This document shows, piece after piece, positions 35,113 to 47,154 of a DNA stretch of 64,000 nucleotides; position 1 is the first letter of the stretch; each line of letters begins with the position of its first letter. The position numbers and the translations under genes were made by a program. The notes beneath the pieces were generated by a model. The model saw only the letters and a list, made by a program, of their open reading frames with translations. It was not told where the DNA came from and made no database searches. Origin of the DNA: Prorocentrum cordatum (Eukaryota); assembly GCA_963575745.1 (NCBI GenBank), contig CAUYUJ010000001.1, forward strand, positions 124,001 to 188,000, in the 5' to 3' direction.

Positions 35113-37206
35113 ATGTCGGCGGGGCCACCGAAGCGTCGCAAGACAGACGCCGAAGCACTGATTGAGTTACACAGAGGCCCATATGTATCTGAGCGGAGTC
35201 TTACATACATTCTCAAGTACGTACGAGATAATGGTATACCAGGTAACATTTCGCGTTATGCGCAGTGCAGCGCAAGGCAGAAATTAATCGGTGCCGAATC
35301 GAACCAGTACGGTGACGTGCTTGTCGGCATTGATATGCCATTGAACAGCGGTAAGAGCTTCAAGAACTGGGCGTGCGCCCCTGGCCCGTACTTGTACTCG
35401 ACGGCGAAACGGAGTAAGGGGTTCAGAGATCTGTTGCGCCGCCAGCTCGCCAAGCACCCGTGCTCCCTAGCATCCCCATGGCGCATCTGCTTATATTTCG
35501 ACGGTATCTCACCGCGTGACCCGTTGGCCAAGGGCAAAGACCACCGAGGGGTGGATGTTGTATACTGGTCGTTTCTAGAGTTCGATGAGTTTTTGCTGGA
35601 CGAAGACGCATGGCTCGTGCTCAGCACCGCTCGGGTTTCCAAAGTGAGGGACATGCCTGGAGGGATCGGGCAGTCGGTTGCAATGACGTGCAACGAGCTC
35701 ATGTTCAATACGTCTGGCGGGGTGAACTTTCGTACGACTGGAGTTATCTTGGACGTGTCAGAAGCAGGGGATGCCACAAGGCACGCGACTATAATCGCGA
35801 GGTTGGGCTGCACTGTGGGCGACGAAGAAGCCCTCCGTGAATTCCACATGAACAAAGGGCACGCGGGCACCAAACCGTGTGCCATCTGCAGGAACGTGCT
35901 CAACCAGAAGTTCGACTATGCGTCGCACGACACGTCTGGTACATTTATATCGGACGCATGCCTCGACAGAAGCAAACGCGTCGTCAACACAGACGCGCAG
36001 ATCGTTGCCATCTTGGAAAGGCTACGCCCCGACTGGGAGAGGCACGACCGCGGTGAGATTAGCGACAACAAGTGGAAGGAGATCACGTAGCTAAAGGGTT
36101 GGAGCTTTCATCCGACGCACGTTGCCTTGGACGCCAACCTCGCCTACGGTGTCATGTCGCTCCTTTGCTTCGATTGGATGCACATCTATAGCGTCAATGG
36201 CATCGTAGCTAAAGAAGTGAAAGCTTTCACTGAGAACAAGGCGGTTTGCAAACTCTGCAGCGCCGAAGATCTCAACGACTATCTTTCAAACTGGACATGG
36301 CCCCACAAGCTTCATGCCGCCAATGCCGTGTTCGCACAGGGCGAACTACAAGCAAACGCATCGCAGGAGCTGTCTATGATTCCCGTGCTGGCGCACTTCA
36401 TCAGGCAAGTCATTGCCAAGCTGCCTGATGCAGGCGCCATCTCGGGTCATATTGCAAGTTTACTTGCACTGTGCGATGCCATTGATATGGTTATTCTCTC
36501 GTCCAGGGGCCTCGCGACTGCACGTGAGCTGGATATCGCCGTGATGAAGCATTTGGAGCTACACACGCGCACATACGGGACTAACTATTGGGTTTACAAA
36601 CACCATATGGCAACTCATCTTGCCGACATGTACTTCAAATTCGGACCCTTGAACTGCTTCGTCCACGAGCGGAAGCACAAAGTTTGCAAGAAGTTTGCAA
36701 AGGACCATCTGTGCATGAGGACCCCCGAGAAGTCATTGATAATGCAGCTCACGGCGCAGCACAGTTACGACATGGAGCACTTCGGCATCTCAACGACGCT
36801 GGTCGACCCCGTAGCCGCCACCAAGAAGCTCATGGGCGTCTTGAAGGAGTTGCGTCCGCAAACGCAAACGGCATCATCGAGCCTCACGGCGTGGACCAAG
36901 TACGGGCCGATCCATAGAGGAGACATATGCTTGGAGGGACGTGCTGCAGGACATGCAGCCGTGCAGGTCTGGTTCCATGTAGATTGTGACACAGAGACTG
37001 CGCCCTCAGGGCCTCTATGCTTAGTCTTGGAATTGCAGACTCGGCGCGTGCACAGCGCAGATTACTATTCTAGGTACTCCATAGACGAAGATAATAATCC
37101 CGTGCTCATTCCTTTGGACTCGCTGAGGCACCCTGTGATTAACAGGCGTCTCGGCGATGCAACCACTTGCATTTGGCCAGTTGAGTATCGCAAATTGGAA
37201 TGCTGA
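35113..37206 (+). pseudogene. CMC-type (EnSpm/CACTA/Plavaka-like) DDE transposase, 697 codons, one in-frame TAG at 36088-36090
   Basis: ORFs 35053..36090 and 36127..37206 share a frame. Motifs LYFDGISPRDPL, VYWSF, VGDEEAL, KGHAGTKPCAIC, DWMH....G, KHHMATHL and GPLNCFVHERKHK occur in the order typical of this superfamily. Confidence 0.87.
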
Positions 37207-37359
37207 CGCGTTTGCGATGTAGAAGTATACATCTTCACACCAATGAATACATCTTCAAAACATCCCGCAATAAACACAACATCGAAATTGAAACAACATT
37301 GAACGCCCCCAAATCAAGTATATGTTAGCCGAACAACTATCATGATATCCGAAATAAAT

Positions 37360-37438
37360 CAACATGCTAACTTTTATAAATGAGTTATAACTAAGTTATA
37401 ACTCCGCCTAACAGTTACTAGCTTCAAACGCCTTCAGG
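37360..37438 (-). repeat. Right subterminal repeats and terminal inverted repeat
   Basis: CTAACTTTTATAA, GTTATAAC at 37384 and 37395, TAACTCCGC as at the left end, and terminal CCTTCAGG. Confidence 0.85.
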
Positions 37439-37444
37439 CAATAG

Positions 37445-37985
37445 CTCGGCTGGTGACCAGCCGGTAGCCCGGCCAGTAAGTCCGCGAACGCGGCGGGCAA
37501 CCCTGCCGGCAACTCCACGAACCCGGCCGATAACTACGAACCCGGCCGGTGACCCGGCCCGGCCGGTAGCCCGGCCGGCAGCCCGGCTGTTAATTGCGCG
37601 CCCGGCCGGTAACCCAGCTGTCAGCCCGGCTGTTAATTCCCAGCCCGGCCGGCATCCCGGCCGGTAGCCCGGCTGGTGGCCCGGCCCTTAGCTTGGCCTT
37701 GCAGCGCATTCTGTAGCGGAGCTACAGCGCCGCTACAGAACGCCGCAGACGGCCGGCCCGGCAGCCCGGCTGTAGCTCCGCGCACCCGGCCGGTAGTTTG
37801 GCTGTCAATTCCCGCGCGCCCGGCCAGTAACTCCGCGCACCCTGCCGGTAATTCGGCGATTTGGGTTGGTAACCTGGCTGGGAATTCGGCGAACCCGGCC
37901 GGTAATTGCGCGAAATCGGCCGGTGGCCCGGCTGGAAATTTTGCGCACGCGGCGGGCCCCGCAGCCGGGAATGTCGCGGGTTAAC
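37445..37985. repeat. CCGGCCGG-rich degenerate tandem repeat
   Basis: Dozens of CCCGGCCGGTA/CCCGGCTG units. Confidence 0.85.
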
Positions 37986-38109
37986 CGCAGGAGGTCCCCC
38001 CCCCCCGCCCCCCCGATTTCCTTGGGACGAAAACAAGGCCCCGATGCCCCTGGCCCGCCCCCCGTGGATTCTTTTCCCGTGATTAGCCGTTTGGGCGAAA
38101 TCCTCTTCG

Positions 38110-39390
38110 CATTTGCACCCATGGCCCACTATTGGTCGTCCGTTGGTCACAGCAAACCGCGGCAGCCGGCGCAGGAAAGCCATGGTGCGCTGATGGCCAT
38201 GCACTTAACAGTTCGTGGAAAACCATTGGGCGCCGCGCATTTGTTAAGTGTCTGGCCATCCATTGGGGCCAGAGAACTACATTTCAAATCGGGTTTTCCC
38301 TTAGGGTTTTCGCGTTCACACCGACGACAAACGCGCGGAAACCAAAGTGCGCAGCGCGCGCGCGATTTTGCGCTGCGCACTATGGTTTCCACTTGTATGG
38401 TCATCTGTTGGGACGAGAATTAAATTGCGCATCGTTTGGTTTTCGCGTTCACATCGTTCACAAATTTATGGGAAGAAACCGTTGTGCGCACCGAAACGTC
38501 GCGCGCGCGACCTTGCGCTGCGCCGCGCAATTATCAACTGCATGGCCATCTGTTGGGGCCAGAGAAATATTGTTTACATGATGCATTCCCGATTTGGACT
38601 TCGAGTTCGCATGCGTGGGAAGCCATAGTGCGCAGCGCAAGGTCGCGCGCGCGCGACTTTGCGCTGCGCACTGTGGTTTTCCACGCATTTGCTAATCGTG
38701 TGGCCATCTCCTGGATTCAGAGAACTAAATTTTGCTTAGGGTTTCCCCTATTGATTTTCATGCTGACATCGTTGACACATGCGTAGAAAACCACAGTGCG
38801 CAGCGCAAGGGCGCGCGCGCGCGACCTTGAGCTGCGCAATATGGTTCCCCGCTCATTGTCCAACGCGCGCGCGCGACTTTGCGGTGCGCGCTGCAGTTTC
38901 CAACGCATTGTACGGCGAGTCCTTGGTACCAGAGAATTCAGTTTTACATTTGGTTTCCCCGCGCGCGCGCGCGTGGTGAGTTCTGGATTGCCCACCACAA
39001 GCAGATCGCTTGATAAAGCCAAAGACTGAATTGATTTTTGCCTGTGAAGTTGTACGGAGGCCGACGGAGGCGCGTAGTTTTGCATAGCATTGTGGACAAT
39101 ACAGAACTCCCTACGCGCGCGCGTGGTGAGTTCTGTATCGTCCACATACAGAACTACGCGCTCCCCTCGGCCTCCTTACAATTTCGCAGAAAAGTCCAAT
39201 TCAGTTTTTGTGGAATTACAGGGAGATCTTCTTATTGTGGACAATACAGACCTCACCACGCGCGCGCGCCGCGGCGCGAGCGCCCGTAGGAAGTTCTCGA
39301 TTGCCCACAAGAAGATCGCCTTGTAAGTCCAAAAACTGAATTGAACTTTTCTGTGAAATTTTCAGGAGGCCGACGGAGGCGCGCACAGTG
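38110..39390. repeat. (CG)n-core satellite related to family B, with units in mixed orientation
   Basis: GCGCAGCGCAAGGTCGCGCGCGCGCGACTTTGCGCTGCGC palindromes; CGCGCGTGGTGAGTTCTG..CCCAC units resemble the 19280-22500 unit. Confidence 0.75.
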
Positions 39391-40011
39391 AACGCTTTGA
39401 GTAAGGGGCACTTACTTTTCAAAAGGGGCTCGGACGTTCCTTAGGTTTGCATGCGTTCCGCTGCCTTTTTGGCGGCGAGCCCCCCCGGTGTTCCTTGCGA
39501 TTTTGGACGCGCGGGTTCGTTTTGTCGCCGAGCGAGGCGGCACCAGCCGCATTTGGGGGAGTTCGCCTCCCGCGATCCATGGATTTGGCGACCGCGCGCC
39601 AAACCTATGGATCGCTAACCTATTTTTGCGCGCCCCCGAGAAGTGAGGTGGCCAGGCCACCTCACTCCGCGCCGCGGCGGAAACGGCAAAACAGCGGCTC
39701 TGGTTCCAATTCCGGCGCCGTTGTTTTTTGATGTTTTTGGTTGTTTGTTTTATATTTGCCGCGTCCATGTTCGAGAGGTTTTTTTTTCGGAGACTGTTAA
39801 AAAACGGCCCTACCGTTTCCAGGGCCCGTTAAGGGTGGCCCAGCTCATATCGTCGGACGGGGCTAGGACCAGGATAAGTCCGTTCCAGAGCGTTCTGGGA
39901 CGCTCTCAGAGCGTTCCGGCACGCTTGAGAAGGCCGTGGCGCCCGATACATCCTCCACAGCGGCCGGACTTCAGAGATTTTGATGTGCCTTCACCCGATT
40001 TTCTCTTCGTC

Positions 40012-41535
40012 CTGGCTTCGTCTTATACCGAAGAAAAATCTTGGCGGGATGGGCATTTTTTCGGAGCTCCGTACGGATTTCATGGAACGGCGCCTGGGCC
40101 CCCCTGGCAGCGCCTCTGGCGCTGCCCCTGCCGCGCCCCGGGGGTCCGCGGCAGATCGACGAAATCTGCGCAGCCCGTCGAAAGTTTACGTTCATGCCGC
40201 GTTTTATTTTCGATGATCCCCAGGACGTGTGTTAGCCCAATGTGTGTTTACCCTTTTCAGCTCTACCAGTGGATCATTTGATCACCTGCGTCGTATTGAA
40301 CGGTCTCGATGGACAAACACACCTTGGCGCTAGCACACGCTCTGAGGATCATCGATCCTCCTTCTTCCTACATCACAGCTTAGAGCGCGCACTGCGATTG
40401 GCGCTGGAAAGAGAACGGGCCATGTGGCGCCGCTGGCCAGCTGGTTGCAAGCTATATGTCCACCCTTGGGGATGGCGTGTGCCGAAGAGGCCCTGGCAGG
40501 GCGATGGCGCGCACAGGAGGGGCATGCGCGGGGGGATCGCCCCACAGGGGCACGGTACGCACCGTGCTTCTCTCGGGGGCGCGCAAACATGGGTTAGCGA
40601 TCCATGGATTTGACGGCAGGTGCCGCCTCGCTCGGCGGCCGAAACCCGCGATTCCCCATGGAGACGGGACCCGTCGCCAATCCACGCCCCCATTGATCCA
40701 TGCTTGCGATCGCCTGATTTTCGGAGATCGATGTTGCACGTTGTCTTTCCAACGTCAACCGTGTGTGATCGTTGCTCCCTCGTCGCGGCAATCCGGGGCT
40801 CGCCTCGAGTTGCCTGAGCTCAGCCCCTGTTCCCCATCCCCCCCCGTTTCCCGAACCTCCGAGAGCACCAGGGCAGCCTCGGACGACTCCCAAGCAGCTT
40901 CAAACAGAGTTGTCCCCCTCGCTCTCTCTCCCACGCCTCGTCCTCCTCGTCCTGAAGGTTGCCACGTCTCTAGGGCCCGACAGCACGCAGAGCCCACTCT
41001 CATCCTCCTCTCGGCGGCGCGTCGAGGGGGAAACTGAGGGGGGAGGGGGCGGACCTTCTCGGGAGGCGGCGAGGCTTCTCGGAAGCCCCCCAGCCCTCCG
41101 AGGAGGGCCCCCCCCCGGTGGCTTCCGAGCAGGCGCGGACGGCTTCCGAGAAAGGCGCGGGCCTTTTCATCCCTCTGACGGGATGCGCAGATTCTGAGCA
41201 CGACATCGCCCTGCCAGGGCCTCTTCGGAGCTCGCCATCCCCAAGGTAGGGCATAGCTTGTAACCAGCGGGCTGGCGGCGCCACATAGCCCGTTCTCTTT
41301 CCAACGCCAGTCGCAGTGCGTGCTCGAGGCTATGATGTAGGAGGAAAGAACAAACAGCGGCGACGGGCTGCGCAAATTTCGTCGATCTGCCTCGGACCCC
41401 CGGGGCGCGGCAGGGGCAGCGTCAGAGGCGCCGCCAGGGAGTGGGCAGGCGCCAATTCAAGAAATCCGTGCGGAACTCCGAACAAATAGGCTTATGTCGC
41501 CGTAGTGTTTCTTCGGTGTAAGACGAACGCCTGCC
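40012..41535. repeat. Long imperfect inverted repeat pair
   Basis: About 40012-40180 and 40360-40510 are reverse complements of about 41360-41535 and 41200-41347. Confidence 0.8.
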
Positions 41536-42061
41536 CCCGCTGCCTTTCCCCTGGACGCACCGCCGAAGCCCCATCTTCCGCGGACGATCTGAGTGCACAG
41601 CACCGCGCGGGCGTCTCCCAAGACGTCGTCGACCTTCGGCCCAGGAACGGCACGGTGCATGGTCCCTTCGGCCCTCGGCCTGAAACATATGCCGTGCTGG
41701 AGCGGGGAGTGAAGGGAGTCCAAACATAGTACGGTGCTGCTGCATGGGCTCCGCTCTCACATCTCCGCACATGTTCCTTCTCGCCGTCTCTCGATCGTCC
41801 CTCCAAACCCCTTTCCTCCCCTCGTCATTGGGCGGCGCGCAGAGAAGGTTAGGGGGAGTGGGGGAAGATGTCTTAGAAGCACCCGTGCTTGTACAATGCC
41901 TTCCCCCTCCCCCTACCCCCCCATGCGCGCCGCCAAGAGGAGGGCGAGGAGGGAAAACAGGAGGAGGAGGAGGAGGGCGAAGAGGACGAGAAACTTGCGG
42001 AGGAGGAGGAGGAGGACGAGGAGGAGGAGGAGGGAGAGGAGGGGTGGGTGGAGGAAGAGGA

Positions 42062-45000
42062 TGTTGAAATGCACTACGATCGTCTCCTCTCTCCCATGTT
42101 GGCCCTGGCGGGCCCCTAATGTAGTTAGGGCACGAGGGCCTAGTGATGTGAGTCGGGCCTAAGGAAGCCCCGATAGTCAGCTGCCGCCACTGACGCGCCT
42201 CGTTCCATAACCGTCCTGGTCCCGATGAGCTCTTGAGCGCACGGGCTCACACGTGAAAATTATTCGACGGCGGCGGCCGTCACTTGATGGTCGCTGAGCT
42301 TGCCGATTCGCCTTCGGTCAGTTCCCGCCTCAGCCGCGGCAGCGCGGAGGTGAACACGATCACGCCCCTGGCGAAGGCGGTGGCCGTCCAGCGGGGAACT
42401 GGAGGGCACCCACAGCAAGGAGGTCGGCAGTTGTTCATCATGCTGGGCGTGGGCGGCTTGGCACACCACGCCAGCAGCGGCGAGCCTGACACGCTCAACG
42501 TGTGCAACACTGACAGTGGCGAGCCTGATAAGCTCGACGTGTGCATCAGTGCGACTGGGGCTATCGACGCGCTCAACGCCCAGATGGCGAAGGTCAGCAA
42601 ACTGGAGTTCGAGAAGGACACATCCCGCTCTACGACGGTGACCCGACACTTTTCGAGGAGTACCAAGAGAGAGCTCGTGACGCCTACGTCGGTCGCATGG
42701 TCGACGAGAAGCAGATCGCGAAGCCCATCAACCTACGCAACGGTCTCAGTTGGACGGCCTACAACGCGGCGCGAAGCTAGACCCACACGCAGCTGTTGAC
42801 CTTCGACGTCGAAGTGGCCGACGGCGGCAAGGGCGGTGCGAGCTACGAGAAGAAGCGAGCCACACGATTGGACTGGAGCTGCTACTGACGGCGCTGGGAG
42901 AGTCTGCGGTGAAGGAGGGACCTTTCAGGGCGGCGGAGCATTGCGATGGCACGCTGTACGAGGGTCTGGAAGGCCGCAGGCGAGAGCATGCAAGAGTGTA
43001 TCACGAGGCGCTCGAGGGCGGTCGAGGACCTCAAGAAGGTATGCGAGAATACGACGATCAGCGACGACCTTCAGGCGCACCTGCTGCTGAAGTCCTCGGG
43101 AATCAAGAAGAGCGATCGCGCCAGCATCATCAGCTCGGCGGGAAACCAGCACAGCAAGGAGGCGTTCGCCAAGACCCTGAGGACGCAGCACCCGGACATC
43201 CAGGAGCGCGAGCATAGGAAGAATAGCGAACAACGCGGAGATGCTCGGCCAGAACGGTTCGGGGGGCGTCGGCATCATTTTCGGGCTCAGGCCCGGCAGG
43301 CTGGCATCGAAAAGGCGACGATGAGGGCGATGGGGAGGACGCGGCCTCACACGTCGCATCGGAGCCCGAGGTCCACTTAGGCGGGGACGAGGCCAGCCTG
43401 GAGGAGCTCGACCAGATAGACGACGAGGCGCTGGAGAGCTTCGCGGCGATCGCGCAGCACAAGCAGAAGTTTCATTCGAAGGGCCGCGGCAAGGGCCGCG
43501 CCAGGAGTAATTCACGCTCGGCGGGCACGTCGGGGAGCTCACGGGACCGACCTCGCAGCCGCAGCGACAAGGGTGGCGACGACCCGGAGAGGAGGTCCAG
43601 GATTGAGAAGCTGAAGCGGGCTACGCGGCGTGCGAGCCGTGGCCAGATCGGGCTGTGGCACGGCGACCCCGCTTGCCCGAAGTCTACCAAGGCGGCGCCG
43701 CCGCCATCGGACTGCCCCAAGTCGAGCAACTTTAGCTTCAACGACTTGGGGGGCGAGAAGGTCAGCGGCGGCGACGCCGGGATCGCCGAGGCGTTCGTGG
43801 CAGGGGCGTCCTCGAGCTCGGCGGAGGTCAGCCCCGGGCTCGGAGCCCGAGCGAAGGCCATGCCCAAGAAGGCGAGTGGACAGTGCACGCAAGGCGGCGA
43901 CGAGACGCTCAAGGCCAGCGCTGATGATGGCGACGGGGCTGCTGGACTACCACGACGGCGCGGACGTTCCCCGCCCGTCATTGGCCACCCTTGCGAGCAC
44001 GCGCTGAGTGAGGGCGGGCGCCAGGCAGTTCAAGGGCGCGAACGGGCCCCACCACCGATGCTTGACGTGCTCTCCGCGTCTGCCGTGCCAGATCGGCACT
44101 CACGTGATCAGGGCGCACGCGTCGCTGCCGTTCGCCCCGAAGGGCAGGGCTATCTCCCCGACGGATGCCCTGGCGCATGGCAAGGTGAGATCGCCCGACT
44201 GGGTCTGCAGGGCCGCGAAGAACACGCCGAAGGCGAGGCGCGCGGCGGCGGAGATGACGACCAAGAAGGCACGCGAGGCGAGGGCGTTATCCGACGACGA
44301 GGGGCTGGGCGAGATGCCGACTGCCGGGGAGCACCCGCGTGAGAAGGACAATCTCGAGGAGCACGCGTTCGTCGCGTACCCGTCGGACTTCGACCAGGAC
44401 GCCGAGGGCCTGGACACGGAGCGCGCCCCCCACGGCGGCGAGAAGATCAAGGTCGGCAAGTGCAGAAGGTGCACTTGTTGCGGAGTTCGTGGACAGCGGG
44501 CCAGGCGATGGCCACTCTCTCATCAAGGCGGCGATGGCCAGCGGCGCGCCCAAGCTCAGCGTCGACCAGTACCGCGCGGCGCGGTTTCTGATCTACCTCA
44601 CGGCGATGGGCGGGTGGGGCCCCCCGTCCCAGAAGGAGGGCGGGAGCTTCCAGGCCCCCATGGTCGGGGCCGCGGAGGAGGTCAACGAGGCGTTGAGCTC
44701 GGCTCTCTGGGACACACCCGGGATAGCGGTGCTCGACGCGGCCTGCCAGATTCTGGACGCCCGAAGTGGGCACCGAAAGAATGGGTGCAATGCCCAACAG
44801 CAGTTCCTGTTCATTTTCAGCAGGACCCGCCGTCGGCGCCGCCGCGGCCTGTGTACATTTGAGACAGAAGGCCGCCTGCCCAACAGCGGCCGCTGTTGGT
44901 TTGGGACAACATTTGTTGTTGGGCATGGTACCATTTTTTTCGGTACCCATGTCGGGCGTCCAAACAGATGACCACGCATGGCGCGCTTTGGAGGATCAAG

Positions 45001-47154
45001 CACGAGGAGGCGTTGCGGGCCAGGGGCCTCAAGCCGCCCCGATTGACCCGCTCGAGCCTGAAGGCCAAGGCGATTTGCCTGCCTGGGCCGGGCCCTATCG
45101 CTGGCGGCACCGCCCATGCCGAGAACGCTACGGACGACTTCTACCGCAAGTGGATCAGCTACGAATGGCTGACGGGGATGTCCCGGAGCAAGGAGTTGAT
45201 CCTCGCGAGGCTCCGCGGGGCGGACAGTGCCTTGTTCGACGCGTGCATGGCCAAGGAGTGGGATAACTGGAAGAATTTCAGGGCGGCCACTGCGGTCTTG
45301 GACGACGACGCGAAGGAGCTTCTCATGAAGGTCAATCCCACCCCATCGAGGTTGGTACATACCAGCAAGAGCGAGTGCGACCCTAAGCTTGGGATGAAGG
45401 CGAAGTTGAGTCGAGACTGGTGGCGGCCGGTTGCTGCGAGTCGGTGCACGTGCGAACGGACTCCCCGACTTTTTCGCCCCTGGTCTTCCACTTGACCTGC
45501 AGCACGGCGGCATGGGAGCATCGGCCACTGCCCAAGTTTGATGCGACGAGCGCCTATCTTCACGGTGGCGACGTCGACCGGATGCCGGCGCTACGCCCAC
45601 CTTCCCCCTCGTTTCTTGGCACGCTGGAAGGATCGTTGCGCGTCTGCCACGGCGCGATCTACGACGCCAAGGACGCTGGAAGGAAGCGGCGGGGCATGCC
45701 GCGCAGGACTCTACGCGGTAAGCTCGTGGCAGGAGAGCCGCTTGGAGCGCGCCTTCTTTCTACTCTTCGAGAACGGCAAGCTGGCCGGCCGTGTCGGCAC
45801 TCATGTAGACGACCTCTTCGCGACTGGAGACCCGAAGAGCAGGCTGTCCAAGGACGCGACCGACGAGCTGGCGAAAGGTGTTCTTGTTAACGGAGGAGAA
45901 GCCACCATTTAGATACTGCGGGAAGGACGTGGACCAGGCTTCCGACTTCTCTATCAAGATCGGCATGGCCAATTTCTTGGACGCCACGGAGGCATCGAGC
46001 TACTGCCAGCCCGCGCGAAGCAGGTCAAGGCTTTGGCTACGGACGAGGAGAAGTGCTACGCCGAGTCGGTGATTGGTTCGCTTGGCTGGCTGTCTCGGCA
46101 GCTTCGGATGGGCATCTCCTTCGGCTACCGCTGGCTGGCTCAGTGCAAGAACCAGTTCACGGTGCAGCACCTGGCGGAGACGAACAAGCTCGTGCAGCAC
46201 TGCAAGGCGACGCGCGAAACATACATACTTTTCCGGAGTGACATGCAACATGGCGGCGGAGATATCCGCGGAGTCGTGTTCGCGGACAGCAGTTTCAACA
46301 ACGTGGACGACATTACCTTCGGCGAGCTCGGCGAGAAGCTGAGATCACAGCTTGGATGCGTGCGCTTGCTGACGGACGACGGCCTGTACGGTAACAAGAA
46401 GGGATTGGTGCACATCCTTGACTGGTGCAGTTCGCGGAGCGCCCCTGGGAGCTGAGGCCCGCGGACTCGCGGAAGGGACAGAGGCGCTGGAGTGGATCAG
46501 AGCATTGCACTACGAGGTGAGCAATCCAAACCAGCCGCTGGGCGACCTCGTGGAGGACGTGGCGAGCTTGATGCCGGTGAAGTAGTACGACGATGCCGTC
46601 TGGTTTCTTTCATCTCCTCGCAGATGCAGGGCAACTTGCAGATCGCCGAGTTCGGGTGGTCATCGCGGCGCTTCGCGGGCTACTTTCCCAAGATGGAGTT
46701 GACTTGGCGTGGCGCGACACATCGGTGCAGCTGGCCGACGCGCTGACTAAGCTGGACGCCGAGAGCGACTATTTGACGGACGTGATGCAGAATGGGTTCG
46801 CGAGCGTGGAGGTCAGTGCCCAGGCCGCGTTGACAAAGAAGGCGATCAGAGACGCGAAGCACAGGCGCGCCGACGAGAAAGCGCCGGAAAAAAGTGAAGG
46901 GCAACCTGGAGGACGACGACGCGGCGATCAAGGTGGATCCCAGGAACGACGGTTTCTTTTCTATGTTGGCCCTGGCGGGCCCCTCGTGTAGTTAGGCCCC
47001 GAGGGCCTAGTGATGTATGTCGGGCCTGAAGAGGCCCCGATAGCCAGCTGCCGCCGCTGACGCGCCTCGTTCCATAACCGTTATGGTTCCGAAGAGCTCT
47101 GGAGCGCACGGGCTCACACCTGAAGTGTCTTCGACGGCGGCGGCCGTCACTTGA
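42062..47154 (+). mobile_element. Decayed Ty1/copia LTR retrotransposon
   Basis: 191-bp direct repeats at 42097-42287 and 46964-47154 (~21 mismatches); PBS-like TGGTCGCTGAGC at 42288; GAGGA on both flanks. Gag IPLYDGDPTLFEEY; RT FDATSAYLHG, HVDDLFATG, FRYCGKD, SVIGSLGWL; RNase H FADSSF..RSQLG..QLADALTK. Many frameshifts. Confidence 0.9.

Larger units (their letters stand above)
22800..37438 (+). mobile_element. 14.6-kb cargo-carrying CMC-superfamily (EnSpm/CACTA/Mirage/Plavaka-like) DNA transposon
   Basis: Termini CCTGAAGG (22800-22807) and CCTTCAGG (37431-37438). CA flanks both ends (22798-22799, 37439-37440). AT-rich subterminal GTTATAA repeats, with TTATAAAAGTTAG shared in inverted orientation. 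Transposase at 35113-37206. Abrupt composition change at both edges. Confidence 0.82.

Noticed and set aside
22800..37438. Endogenous virus, Polinton or virophage
   Set aside because: No recognisable DNA polymerase B, capsid, packaging ATPase or retroviral-type integrase. The ends and transposase fit a CMC transposon.
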